Positions 9,914 through 18,390 of a stretch of DNA of 64,000 nucleotides are shown one piece after another. Numbering within the stretch: position 1 is the first letter of the stretch; every line of letters starts with the position of its first letter. Source of the stretch: a virus; IMG/VR virus record IMGVR_UViG_3300038393_001851, positions 2,145 to 66,144 of that record. One strand, given 5' to 3'. The notes under the pieces are model-generated. The model ran no database searches, was not told the DNA's origin, and saw nothing but the letters and a program-made list of their open reading frames with translations. A program made the translations under genes and the position numbers.

Positions 9914-9937
9914 GGTTTTTTGCGCCCGGTCAAGGCG

Positions 9938-9962
9938 CATGCGTGCATAATGCAAGTATGAT
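9938..9962 (+). promoter_or_regulatory. Early palindrome module 1
   Basis: CATGCGTGCA-TAA-TGCAAGTATG with TATGAT -10. Confidence 0.7.
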
Positions 9963-9991
9963 CGGGGCCTTACCCACAACGGAGGCCCGTC

Positions 9992-10204
9992 ATGGCAGTC
10001 AATCTATCCGCCGCATTACCGAAGCTCCAGGCCGCCGGCATCGGTTTGGATGCCGACTTTCATTCCCTCAGTAGTGACCAGGTGCGCGTGTTGCTGGAGT
10101 GCGCCGCCGCCGATCATTATCAGCCGCCGAAAAATGCCAGCGGCAGTAAGGCGCGCATGTATTTTTACGCGCTCGTACGCAAGGCAAACGGGGGCCAATC
10201 ATGA
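9992..10204 (+). CDS. Small early hypothetical protein
   Basis: GGAGG RBS, follows palindrome module. Confidence 0.7.
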   Translation: MAVNLSAALPKLQAAGIGLDADFHSLSSDQVRVLLECAAADHYQPPKNASGSKARMYFYALVRKANGGQS

Positions 10205-10395
10205 GCGGGCGCGTTTCTGCCGAAATGCTGGAAGCGCGCAGGCTGCTGCGCCAGGGTTATACCGCGTACGCAGCTGCGAAAGAGACCGGGCTGAATCAAA
10301 GTTCGATTTCGCGGTGCAAGGTGTGCCGGCAAATCATCAAGGAGGTAAAAGAGGCAAAGGAAGCGGAAGCGGAAAGAGGCAATCATGACAACTAA
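10201..10395 (+). CDS. Small HTH-like protein
   Basis: GYTAYAAAKETGLNQSSISR; ATGA overlap. Confidence 0.6.
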   Translation: MSGRVSAEMLEARRLLRQGYTAYAAAKETGLNQSSISRCKVCRQIIKEVKEAKEAEAERGNHDN

Positions 10396-10639
10396 GAAAG
10401 CCATCCTGACCAGGTTCATTGGCGCTACCGAGAACCGGCCGCCGCGCATTGCAGCGTCGGACGGCGACGGCAACCGCATCACGATCAAGTACCCGGCCGA
10501 TGCCGACCTGGATTTTGGGGAACCGCGCTACCGTAAGGCTGCGGAGGCCCTGTGCGAAAAAATGGGGTGGGATTCATCCACGCTGATAGGCGGTTGGCTC
10601 AAGCCGGACCATTATGTGTTTGTTTTTAATGAGGACTAA
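10385..10639 (+). CDS. Small early hypothetical protein
   Basis: GAGG RBS; operon packing. Confidence 0.7.
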   Translation: MTTKKAILTRFIGATENRPPRIAASDGDGNRITIKYPADADLDFGEPRYRKAAEALCEKMGWDSSTLIGGWLKPDHYVFVFNED

Positions 10640-10641
10640 TT

Positions 10642-11058
10642 ATGAAAAACCTGACCGATGCACAGCACGCCACGCTTTTGGCCGCATTGCGTTTTTATCA
10701 GCGAAATACGGTAGATGGCGAACGTCAGTTCGACGACATCGCCACGAATTGCGGAGAGGTCGAGCCGTTGGACAATCTGGAGATCGACCAACTGTGTGAA
10801 ACGTTGAACCTAAGTGAAGGGCAGACCTATCAGCAAATTGCCGAGTACTTGGACGCGCTGCCGGGGGTCCTGGCGCTGTGGTGGTTCATGGAAAACGTGA
10901 ACGACGACCATCCGCACCGCAGCGAGCTGTTTTTCTACTGCCGGGAGCGGGTGCGCCGCTATTCGCATAACGCGCACAAAGCGGACCAGCGTAGCGCCTA
11001 TCTGGATGAATTGGAATGGGACCGGGAGGCGTTCAGACGGCTGGAAGAAGAATCATGA
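10642..11058 (+). CDS. Small early hypothetical protein
   Basis: GAGGA RBS; acidic protein-like composition. Confidence 0.7.
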   Translation: MKNLTDAQHATLLAALRFYQRNTVDGERQFDDIATNCGEVEPLDNLEIDQLCETLNLSEGQTYQQIAEYLDALPGVLALWWFMENVNDDHPHRSELFFYCRERVRRYSHNAHKADQRSAYLDELEWDREAFRRLEEES

Positions 11059-11228
11059 GTCTCATCACGACGATCCAAACCGCCATGCTGGACGACGACG
11101 AGGACGACAGCGAACGGCTGGAACATCTGTACCAGGACGCCAACCCCGAAGAGAAAGAATTGCTGGACAATGCTTTCATCTGTCTGTGCGGGTATAGCCT
11201 GGGCCGGCTGATTCAAATGACAAAGTAA
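11055..11228 (+). CDS. Small acidic hypothetical protein
   Basis: ATGA overlap; ends before terminator. Confidence 0.65.
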   Translation: MSLITTIQTAMLDDDEDDSERLEHLYQDANPEEKELLDNAFICLCGYSLGRLIQMTK

Positions 11229-11232
11229 ATAC

Positions 11233-11278
11233 AAAAGGGGGCAGCTGCCTTTTTTTTTGGGGCAGCTGCCTTTTTTTT
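11233..11278 (+). terminator. Tandemly duplicated terminator-like unit
   Basis: GGGGCAGCTGCC-T9 followed directly by GGGGCAGCTGCC-T8. Confidence 0.6.
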
Positions 11279-11319
11279 CGGGGGAAACGGACGCGCATCG
11301 GTTTGAGGAAACGCAAAAC

Positions 11320-11344
11320 CATACTTGCATCATGCAAGTATGCT
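11320..11344 (+). promoter_or_regulatory. Early palindrome module 2
   Basis: Perfect CATACTTGCA-TCA-TGCAAGTATG with TATGCT. Confidence 0.75.
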
Positions 11345-11375
11345 GGGGTCTCCACCAAGCGAAACGGAGGCAAAA

Positions 11376-11942
11376 ATGGGTTGGACAACGACGCACAAAC
11401 CGAAGGGCATTTCGGCCACCGACTATTTGCTGCATCATTCGGGCGCTTTGTCCTGGGGGCCGGACAATCCGGCCACCTACAAGGTGCTGGATACCGCCAT
11501 CGTCAACCTGAAAACGTTTTATGCGGCAGTCGAGCGCATCGACAAGCAGACCAAGGCCCGCGAAGTGTGGGCGGCAATTTTCCTGCTGGGGTACTGGCGC
11601 GGTGAAGAGAATTTCGGCTGGAAGAGCATGAGTGAGGAAATGGGACCGTGCGAGGCCGAATGTCCCGAGCGCATCCTGGACCTGCTGACCGAGACGGACA
11701 ACGAAAACGCGCTTGACTGGCGCAAGCGTTGCCGTGAATTTCACGCACGGCGCAAGGCCCGGCCCAAGATCGTGCCGCAATCGCGCATCGTGTATGGCGG
11801 CCGGCGCTATCTCGTGCTGGAGCGTTACGGCAAAAGCGCCTGGCGCATTCAGGACGAAAACACGCGCCAGGTGTATAAGTTGACGGACATGCGTGCGCGC
11901 CAGGTTACCGAAGTGATCGCGCCGACGACCAAGGGAGGCTGA
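11376..11942 (+). CDS. DUF6927-like protein (plasmid/phage early region)
   Basis: MGW start, FYAAVE, FGWKSMSEEMGP...CPERILDLLT...A..WR..C. Confidence 0.7.
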   Translation: MGWTTTHKPKGISATDYLLHHSGALSWGPDNPATYKVLDTAIVNLKTFYAAVERIDKQTKAREVWAAIFLLGYWRGEENFGWKSMSEEMGPCEAECPERILDLLTETDNENALDWRKRCREFHARRKARPKIVPQSRIVYGGRRYLVLERYGKSAWRIQDENTRQVYKLTDMRARQVTEVIAPTTKGG

Positions 11943-12041
11943 CCATGTTCGACATTAACGTTTTCTTGGCCGGCATGCTGGCCGGGGTGGCAATAGCATG
12001 CATTATCAACGAAAAATTAAATGGCACCGCGACAAGGGGGA

Positions 12042-12209
12042 ATGATGATTAGCGCGCAAGACATACGGGAATTTAACGGCTACCTAGCCAATTGCACGGA
12101 CGACCAGGTGCGCGGCGTGTACGAAAAGGAGCGCGACGCGGGGCGCGAAGAGTACGCGGAGCTGGCGCGCACCGAGGCCAACCGGCGCGGCATTGTGTTG
12201 GAAGATTAA
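12042..12209 (+). CDS. Small hypothetical protein
   Basis: AAGGGGG RBS. Confidence 0.6.
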   Translation: MMISAQDIREFNGYLANCTDDQVRGVYEKERDAGREEYAELARTEANRRGIVLED

Positions 12210-12229
12210 ACCCAAGGGAGGACACCATC

Positions 12230-12664
12230 ATGGACCACAATAATCCGGAGCCCGAGCTGCACAAATTCGCGTTTGACCTACGCCTGATTGCCGCTTTGCG
12301 CGTCAAAGCGCCGACGCTGGCCGCGGCCCGCGAACTCATTACCAAAACGATCGACGCCAAACGCGCCGAGCTGGGGGAGTGGCCGAACGGCGACCCGATC
12401 ATTGCGGAGGTTTCCGTTGCCGACGACGAGCCGATTAGCCTGTTTCAGGCCGACGAGATTGACGCCGAGTCGTCGCGGTTCGTCCACATGGGCCGGGTGT
12501 ACGACACCATCGTATTTGAGAATGCAAACGACGCAAATACATTCATGGAAGGTGCGCCAGGCTTCGGAGTGCTGGCCGTGAAAGATGGTCAGCCACACGT
12601 GGCGCATTGCACGGACCAGGGCGAACCGTGGCCATACGGGCCGAATGTGGACCCGGCGGCATAA
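12230..12664 (+). CDS. Hypothetical protein
   Basis: GGAGG RBS. Confidence 0.65.
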   Translation: MDHNNPEPELHKFAFDLRLIAALRVKAPTLAAARELITKTIDAKRAELGEWPNGDPIIAEVSVADDEPISLFQADEIDAESSRFVHMGRVYDTIVFENANDANTFMEGAPGFGVLAVKDGQPHVAHCTDQGEPWPYGPNVDPAA

Positions 12665-12680
12665 CTGACATTGCTCAATC

Positions 12681-12705
12681 CGTGCTTGCATTATGCAAGT
12701 ATGAT
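12681..12705 (+). promoter_or_regulatory. Early palindrome module 3
   Basis: CGTGCTTGCA-TTA-TGCAAGTATG with TATGAT. Confidence 0.75.
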
Positions 12706-12736
12706 GGAATCTCCACGAACGAACGGAGATTTCATC

Positions 12737-13120
12737 ATGCAGCCGATCACGATTCACCCAAACAAACCGGGCCAGCGTTTCAGCGACGCGCTTGCAATCC
12801 AAGCCGGCGCGTGCAATCCAATCGCCATTTCGCGTTCGCTGGTGCGAGCCGTGGAGGAAGTGCGCGACCTGGACACCAACGCCATTTGTGCCGATCCTGC
12901 CGTTCGGTTGATCGTGCACCAGCTGGCTTTTCTCACGAATGTGGCCAGTCTGAACCACAACTTTGAGGATTACGACAAGACGACCGCCGCATGCAAACCG
13001 TACGTGGTCGGGGGAACCGAACGGTTTGCCGATCTGGACTCAGCCAACAAACGGGCCAAGGCGATATTTGACGAGACGGGGGCCGTGGTGTCCGTGGAGG
13101 ATAAGAGGGGCGAAACATGA
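12737..13120 (+). CDS. Hypothetical protein
   Basis: GGAGA RBS after palindrome. Confidence 0.7.
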   Translation: MQPITIHPNKPGQRFSDALAIQAGACNPIAISRSLVRAVEEVRDLDTNAICADPAVRLIVHQLAFLTNVASLNHNFEDYDKTTAACKPYVVGGTERFADLDSANKRAKAIFDETGAVVSVEDKRGET

Positions 13121-13356
13121 CAGACCTCACCCAATACCGCGTGGACCGTTCGGATTCTGCCGTGGTGGTCCCCGTTGGTATGAATAGCGTTCGGTACGTG
13201 GGCAAATCTTGGCGCGAGGCGCGCAAAGCATACGAGCGGATCGCGCCAGGCTTCGACGTATGGGACCGACCGAACAAACGTTTTGGCGTGATTCTTTCGG
13301 TGTGGGACCAGACCAAACAACGTTACGTGGTGAAATGCAGTAAGGGATTCGTCTGA
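13117..13356 (+). CDS. Hypothetical protein
   Basis: GAGGGG RBS, ATGA overlap. Confidence 0.65.
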   Translation: MTDLTQYRVDRSDSAVVVPVGMNSVRYVGKSWREARKAYERIAPGFDVWDRPNKRFGVILSVWDQTKQRYVVKCSKGFV

Positions 13357-13366
13357 TCTACCGCAA

Positions 13367-13393
13367 ATCCTACTTGCATAATGCAAGTAGGAT
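13367..13393 (+). promoter_or_regulatory. Early palindrome module 4
   Basis: Perfect 12-bp arms ATCCTACTTGCA-TAA-TGCAAGTAGGAT with TAGGAT. Confidence 0.75.
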
Positions 13394-13430
13394 GAAGTCT
13401 CCAATTCAGCAACACTGGAGACCAAAAAAA

Positions 13431-13889
13431 ATGATTACCGCCAGCCAATTCGATGATGACGCAATCATTGCCCAGGCAATGAACATCCTCAAAAAACGGA
13501 TGCGTGAACCCGGTTTGGTATGCCGGGAACCCGCCGCCGCCGCCAGCTACTTGAAATTGAAAACCGCAAGCCTGGAGCATGAAGTTTTCAATGTCATGTT
13601 CCTCGATGTGAAAAACCGCGTGATCACGACCGAAGAAATGTTCAGGGGAACGCTAACGTCCACTTCCGTCTATCCGCGCGAAGTGGTGAAAAAAGCCATG
13701 CACCACAACGCTAACGGTGTCGTCATTTCGCACAATCATCCATCCGGCGAGCCGGAACCGAGTGACGCCGATATGCACGTTACCGACCATTTACAACAAG
13801 CGTTGGCACTGGTTGGTGTGCGTGTGCTGGACCACATCATCGTTGCAGGAGATCGGCATTATTCATTTGCCGAGCATGGAAGGATATGA
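13431..13889 (+). CDS. radC: RadC-like JAB/MPN domain protein
   Basis: EHEVF, GTLTSTSVYPREV, HNHPSG.PEPSDAD, VLDHIIV. Confidence 0.92.
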   Translation: MITASQFDDDAIIAQAMNILKKRMREPGLVCREPAAAASYLKLKTASLEHEVFNVMFLDVKNRVITTEEMFRGTLTSTSVYPREVVKKAMHHNANGVVISHNHPSGEPEPSDADMHVTDHLQQALALVGVRVLDHIIVAGDRHYSFAEHGRI

Positions 13890-13892
13890 AGC

Positions 13893-14111
13893 ATGGCCAC
13901 CAAAGCCCAGTTGCAACGCATCGCGGACGAGTGGAGCCAGTACGCGAACGAGCCGGTACGGGTCGAAGAGATTGGCGGCACGTTCTACGGGTTTGGCTCC
14001 GAGCTGGCCACGCTGCGCCTGTACCGGCATTATGGCGACCGGCCCAACGTGAGCCAGGGATTTAGTAGTAACCTTGGCAGTTTCTACTTTTCATTAACAC
14101 CGAGATTCTAG
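13893..14111 (+). CDS. Small hypothetical protein
   Basis: Operon packing, protein-like composition. Confidence 0.65.
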   Translation: MATKAQLQRIADEWSQYANEPVRVEEIGGTFYGFGSELATLRLYRHYGDRPNVSQGFSSNLGSFYFSLTPRF

Positions 14112-14121
14112 AGAGGCCAAC

Positions 14122-14364
14122 ATGAAAACCGCATCACCACACTTGCCCCCCGACCCGGACGACCTAAACGACCACCGCGCCGAGTGGGCAAGCGCCGCGC
14201 TGCGCGAATTCCAGCGAACGACCAACGACGTCAACGAGGATGCTCTGGCCGGCCTGCTGGCCGGCTTGATGCACTGGTGCGACCGCCACGGCACCGATTT
14301 CGAGCACGAGCTGACCCGCGCTCGCAGCATGTACGGCAACGAGACGAACGAGGGTAAGAAATGA
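14122..14364 (+). CDS. Small hypothetical protein
   Basis: GAGG RBS; LLAGLMHWCD motif seen in mobile-element proteins. Confidence 0.7.
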   Translation: MKTASPHLPPDPDDLNDHRAEWASAALREFQRTTNDVNEDALAGLLAGLMHWCDRHGTDFEHELTRARSMYGNETNEGKK

Positions 14365-14807
14365 ACGACCGGGACACGGACGACGACGACTGCGAGAACC
14401 AATTCGACATGTATTGTCCGAAGTGCGGGGCGAGCGACGAACTTGATATTGCCGCTACCGTGTGGGTCCGGCTGTGCAAGGACGGCACGGACGCGGATGA
14501 ATCGCATGATGGCAGTCACGAATGGGACGATGATTCTGAGTGTCGCTGCAACAACTGCGGATGGACCGGGACCGTCCTAAACGCCAGCAAGGAGAAGAAG
14601 GCCGAGGCCGAGGAAGGGGAATACACCAACTTCTATCTCCATTGTGGCCGGCATTGGCGCGACAAGTGGAGCTGCATGTGCAACGATCATTGCCCGGTAT
14701 GCGATAAGGAAATCGAGCCGTACAAGTCGGTGGACGCGGAGGGCGAGGTTATCAACCATGTGGGCGACGAGCTGCCCGCGTTTGAGCAAGGAGAGGACGA
14801 TGAATAA
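14361..14807 (+). CDS. Cys-rich (Zn-ribbon) acidic hypothetical protein
   Basis: CPKC, CNNC, CNDHCPVC. Confidence 0.7.
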   Translation: MNDRDTDDDDCENQFDMYCPKCGASDELDIAATVWVRLCKDGTDADESHDGSHEWDDDSECRCNNCGWTGTVLNASKEKKAEAEEGEYTNFYLHCGRHWRDKWSCMCNDHCPVCDKEIEPYKSVDAEGEVINHVGDELPAFEQGEDDE

Positions 14808-15138
14808 GCAGGACCAGGAGGACCGCCAACGCCTCATGTTCGGCTGCACGCAAGCCGAGCTGGAAGCGACGTTGGCCGAGCACGCGCCGCTGTTGGGGGC
14901 GCATCCGGCGCGGTTTATGGCCGTGTCCATGCTGTCGGACGCGCAGGAGCTGCTAGAACGTGGCCAGCACGAGCGCGCACGGCAAGCGATCAACCGGGCC
15001 AAGTTCCTGATCATGCAGGAAACGAGCGCGGACGTGGCCATGCAAAAGTTACGCAAGACCGAGGGCAACGTTACCGTGGCGGGTGGCGTGCTGACGTTTC
15101 CGGATGGGGGCGTGATCGACCTGGGCGAGGGGTTATGA
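14800..15138 (+). CDS. Hypothetical protein
   Basis: GAGGA RBS. Confidence 0.65.
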   Translation: MNKQDQEDRQRLMFGCTQAELEATLAEHAPLLGAHPARFMAVSMLSDAQELLERGQHERARQAINRAKFLIMQETSADVAMQKLRKTEGNVTVAGGVLTFPDGGVIDLGEGL

Positions 15139-15575
15139 AAACGAACCATTTGGCGATCCTACGCGGCATCCAGCACGCTTGCGACCATGAGGAAAAGTCG
15201 CTCCTCGACGAGGGCGTTATCGACGCCTTGCAGCAGCTGGACATGGCCGCGCTGGTGGCCGCACTGGAATCCTTGCAAGGCTGTGCGCGCTGGATGCTGG
15301 CCAATCACAAATCCCATACCAACGAGTTTGCCGCCGCGTGCAAAGCGCTGGCCGACGTCGGCCTGGACATACGGCCAGAGGAAGCCCGGCAGTTGCGATC
15401 ACGGCGCGAAGTGCCAATCGGGGAACGTTCGAGTTGCGCGCTGTGTGGCCAGGACATCGAGTACTCCGGCAATGGCGAATGGCGCGACCGGGGCGGCAAT
15501 CGTAGTTGCGTGCCGTACAAAAAGGCCGATGGGGAGATCATCACGCCGCCGGATGGTTCCAAGCACCGTCCATAA
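15135..15575 (+). CDS. Hypothetical protein
   Basis: GAGGGG RBS, ATGA overlap. Confidence 0.65.
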   Translation: MKTNHLAILRGIQHACDHEEKSLLDEGVIDALQQLDMAALVAALESLQGCARWMLANHKSHTNEFAAACKALADVGLDIRPEEARQLRSRREVPIGERSSCALCGQDIEYSGNGEWRDRGGNRSCVPYKKADGEIITPPDGSKHRP

Positions 15576-15660
15576 TTCACCAAGTAAATACAAGCAGCGG
15601 TTGATCCGCGTCACGCGTGGCGCGGGGAACCGCTGTGTTTGCTTTTGCTTCTAACGGGTT

Positions 15661-15679
15661 CACTTGCATGATGCAAGCA
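15661..15679 (+). promoter_or_regulatory. Early palindrome module 5 (degenerate)
   Basis: CACTTGCA-TGA-TGCAAGCA. Confidence 0.6.
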
Positions 15680-15697
15680 ATCCCGAGGAGAAACAAT

Positions 15698-16111
15698 ATG
15701 GAAGAGAAACAGTATGTCGTGACCGTGCGTCTCAGCGATGGCAAGCGGGAGGACGTGGAGCGTTGGGCCGCGAATGAATCCGATGCTAGGCAGCAAGCTG
15801 GCTGGGGCTATCTCCGTGATGGCGTGGTGGAGTCGGTCAAGGAGTTCGACGAGAACCCGTACCAACGGAAGTACACCGCCACCGTTGACCAAAGCCTTGA
15901 TTTTGGCGATCCCGAGGCGGCAATTCAGCACGTGGAGCAAGCCGGGCGCGGGCGCGTGGTCCTGTTCGCTGGTTCCCCGAACCTGCGCGGTTGCCTGCCG
16001 TTTATCAGGTTCCGCTCTTGTGCGATGTGGACGTATCAGGATGGCAAGTGGTGGGTCCATGCGATCGACAACGGAACCGGCGAGCGGGTGGCCGAGCAAC
16101 GGCCACATTGA
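15698..16111 (+). CDS. Hypothetical protein
   Basis: GAGGAG RBS. Confidence 0.65.
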   Translation: MEEKQYVVTVRLSDGKREDVERWAANESDARQQAGWGYLRDGVVESVKEFDENPYQRKYTATVDQSLDFGDPEAAIQHVEQAGRGRVVLFAGSPNLRGCLPFIRFRSCAMWTYQDGKWWVHAIDNGTGERVAEQRPH

Positions 16112-16124
16112 CCTGGAGGACAGC

Positions 16125-16436
16125 ATGAGCAAAGGACACTGCAAAGGATGCGACGAGCCGATAGCACTAGATCAACGGCTCTGCGCCGACTGCCAACGAG
16201 AGGGCGTCAAGGTGCCGCTTGATAACGCGGAGTTCATGGAGGACCTGCTAACGTGGTGCCGCAATCCGCTGGTGCATGTGATGGTGTTGCAGGCGGTCGA
16301 AGAGTTCGCTACGGCAGTCGCCGCGAGCAAACCGGAGGACTACAAGCAGGATGGCATGGTCAATCCGGCTGCGTGGATCGACGCTGGGCGGGAGATCGTG
16401 GCCAAGTTCAAGGAGCGGCGGGAGGGCCAAGCATGA
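16125..16436 (+). CDS. Hypothetical protein with N-terminal Zn finger
   Basis: GGAGG RBS; CKGC...CADC. Confidence 0.65.
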   Translation: MSKGHCKGCDEPIALDQRLCADCQREGVKVPLDNAEFMEDLLTWCRNPLVHVMVLQAVEEFATAVAASKPEDYKQDGMVNPAAWIDAGREIVAKFKERREGQA

Positions 16437-16648
16437 GCACCGTTCAGGAAAAGCGCCGTGCAACGATGTCCCGGCTGTCGTATAAGCCGGGGAAGCCGTA
16501 CGACATTCGCCAGCACCGCCGTGCCGCGTATGTGTCCGTGAAGTTCGCCCGAGGGCTGGGTATCGCTTCGCCCGAGCTGGTCAAGGCCACCCGGCAAGTA
16601 ATCAGCCGGTTGAGCGTGCGCCGCGCACGGCGCCGGATGGGCTGCTGA
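16433..16648 (+). CDS. Small basic hypothetical protein
   Basis: GGAGG RBS, ATGA overlap. Confidence 0.5.
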   Translation: MSTVQEKRRATMSRLSYKPGKPYDIRQHRRAAYVSVKFARGLGIASPELVKATRQVISRLSVRRARRRMGC

Positions 16649-16659
16649 CCCCGCTTGTC

Positions 16660-16882
16660 CCTGTTTTTGCCTTGCGAACAAGGCGAAAACAGGTGCGCCA
16701 GGACGGTCTCTCATAGGGGGAAATGGGCGCTCTTGCCCTTTGGCAAGGGCGCTTTGTGCGTTTGTCGTTGTCCCTCATATATATATCCCCTGAAAAAGTA
16801 TTTTTCTAGGGATACAGATATGGGTAAGACATAGAAACAATATAAGTAAGAAATATATATTAGAAGTATAAATTCTCCTATG
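16660..16882. other. Two hairpins plus AT-rich tract; candidate replication origin
   Basis: Inverted repeats 16660-16693 and 16727-16752, then ~100 bp of very AT-rich DNA in a GC-rich genome. Confidence 0.45.
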
Positions 16883-17076
16883 GAAGAGCCCTGCCGGTTG
16901 CCTTGTCCGAGGCCTGGACAACCTTGGCGCACAACGGGGACCGCGATTAACTTTCCTGATCGTTGGCGCGGGGGCGATAGGGACCCGTGCTACCGTCACC
17001 CGAACGGTCGCGCGCGCGTTGCATCGTGGCAATGCCGCGGCCGGCATGTGTACTGCATGCACTTTGTTGTTCAAAG

Positions 17077-17118
17077 TGATGACGATTGCTTGTCATTCCT
17101 CAATATGACGACTAGAAT
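17077..17118 (+). promoter_or_regulatory. sigma70 promoter overlapped by 19-bp operator
   Basis: TGATGACGATTGC-TTGTCA(17090)-17-TAGAAT(17113), same layout as PL. Confidence 0.75.
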
Positions 17119-17250
17119 CTCTGCTAGGAAACGTGGCGGTTGGGCAAGGATTCGCCGCCGGTAGCACGGCAGTTACACCAGGATTTACACCATCTGGCCG
17201 AGACGCCTAGGGAATCGGGTCTCCGCGACGCCTACACGAGGAACCGCACC

Positions 17251-17631
17251 ATGATTCGTTCTGAAGAGAAAGAACAAGCGCGCCTCATCACGTGGTCCCA
17301 TTTGCCTGCCGTGCGCGCCGTGGCCGGGATGCTGGCCTACCTGTTCCACTGCCCGAACGGCGGCAAGCGCGACGGGCTGGCGGGCGCGCAAATGCGCCGT
17401 CTGGGCGTCAAGCGGGGCGTGCCGGATCTGCTCTTGCCGATCGAGCGCAACGGCTACAACGGCCTTGCCATCGAGATGAAAACGGCCACCGGCACCACGA
17501 CCCCGGACCAGGACCGCTGGTTGGACACGTTGCGCGCCAACAACTGGCAAATCCACGTCTGCCGGTCTGCCGAGGAGTCGCGCCAAGCGATCATGCGCTA
17601 TCTGGGCGTGGACCTGCCGGAGCTGCCATGA
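17251..17631 (+). CDS. VRR-NUC domain nuclease
   Basis: FHCPNGGKR, GVKRGVPDL, LAIEMK, QDRW. Confidence 0.88.
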   Translation: MIRSEEKEQARLITWSHLPAVRAVAGMLAYLFHCPNGGKRDGLAGAQMRRLGVKRGVPDLLLPIERNGYNGLAIEMKTATGTTTPDQDRWLDTLRANNWQIHVCRSAEESRQAIMRYLGVDLPELP

Positions 17632-17957
17632 CGATCCGGGCCGCCATCCTTGCCGCTTTGCACGGCTGTGCTCAGCCGGTTGGTGGCCGTGAGGTCGCCA
17701 GCATGACCGGCCTACGCTACAAGTCGGCCATTGACGCATTGAATCGCTTGCTCGACATGGGGCGCGTGTACCGCCTGGGCCGGACCCACACCGCACGCTG
17801 GACCACCACACCGCCGCACGACCCAGCTCTCGACGCCGCCGCCGCCCTCGACGCCGCTTGGTTTGGCGCCGCCCGCGCCGCCGGCCGGCGCCACTCGACC
17901 CCCACCCCCCCGGGGGGGAGGGGCGAAGCCGGGACCCCGCGCCCGAAAAATTTCTAA
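17628..17957 (+). CDS. Winged-helix DNA-binding protein
   Basis: REVASMTGL.Y.SAIDALNRL...GRV.R.G. Confidence 0.6.
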   Translation: MTIRAAILAALHGCAQPVGGREVASMTGLRYKSAIDALNRLLDMGRVYRLGRTHTARWTTTPPHDPALDAAAALDAAWFGAARAAGRRHSTPTPPGGRGEAGTPRPKNF

Positions 17958-18117
17958 TGATCCGACCCTCAAAAAATTTTCGCGCATCCACTATGAACCG
18001 AAAACTTATTAAAATGACAATAAAAGCCAACGTCGTGTCGAGCATTGGCGTCTTCCTCGCGGTGGCGGCCCCGCAGATGGTCCTGGCCTACCTCCTCCTG
18101 CACTGAAAGGACTCCCC

Positions 18118-18390
18118 ATGTCCCTGACCACTGACGACGACCGCCGCGACTCCGCGCTGCAGCTGCTGGAAATGCTCGCCCAGCACATCGAGGACGGCAA
18201 TGTCCACGGCCTGGTGCTGGGCGCCGAAAACGTGTTCGGGGCGATGGAGTTCTTCACCACGTACGAGCCACGCGACACGGTGGCGATGGCGGCGCTGGTG
18301 AACCATTGGGCCATCAATCGGGTGTTCCCGGCGGTCGCGCCACGGCCTGGCGTTGACCTGTCGATGGCCGCACCGGAGAACATGCAATGA
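18118..18390 (+). CDS. Hypothetical protein
   Basis: AAGGA RBS. Confidence 0.65.
   Translation: MSLTTDDDRRDSALQLLEMLAQHIEDGNVHGLVLGAENVFGAMEFFTTYEPRDTVAMAALVNHWAINRVFPAVAPRPGVDLSMAAPENMQ

Noticed and set aside
9938-15679. Palindromes as CRISPR repeats or integron attC sites
   Set aside because: Spacing 0.7-2.3 kb with multi-gene blocks between; no GTTRRRY cores or integrase
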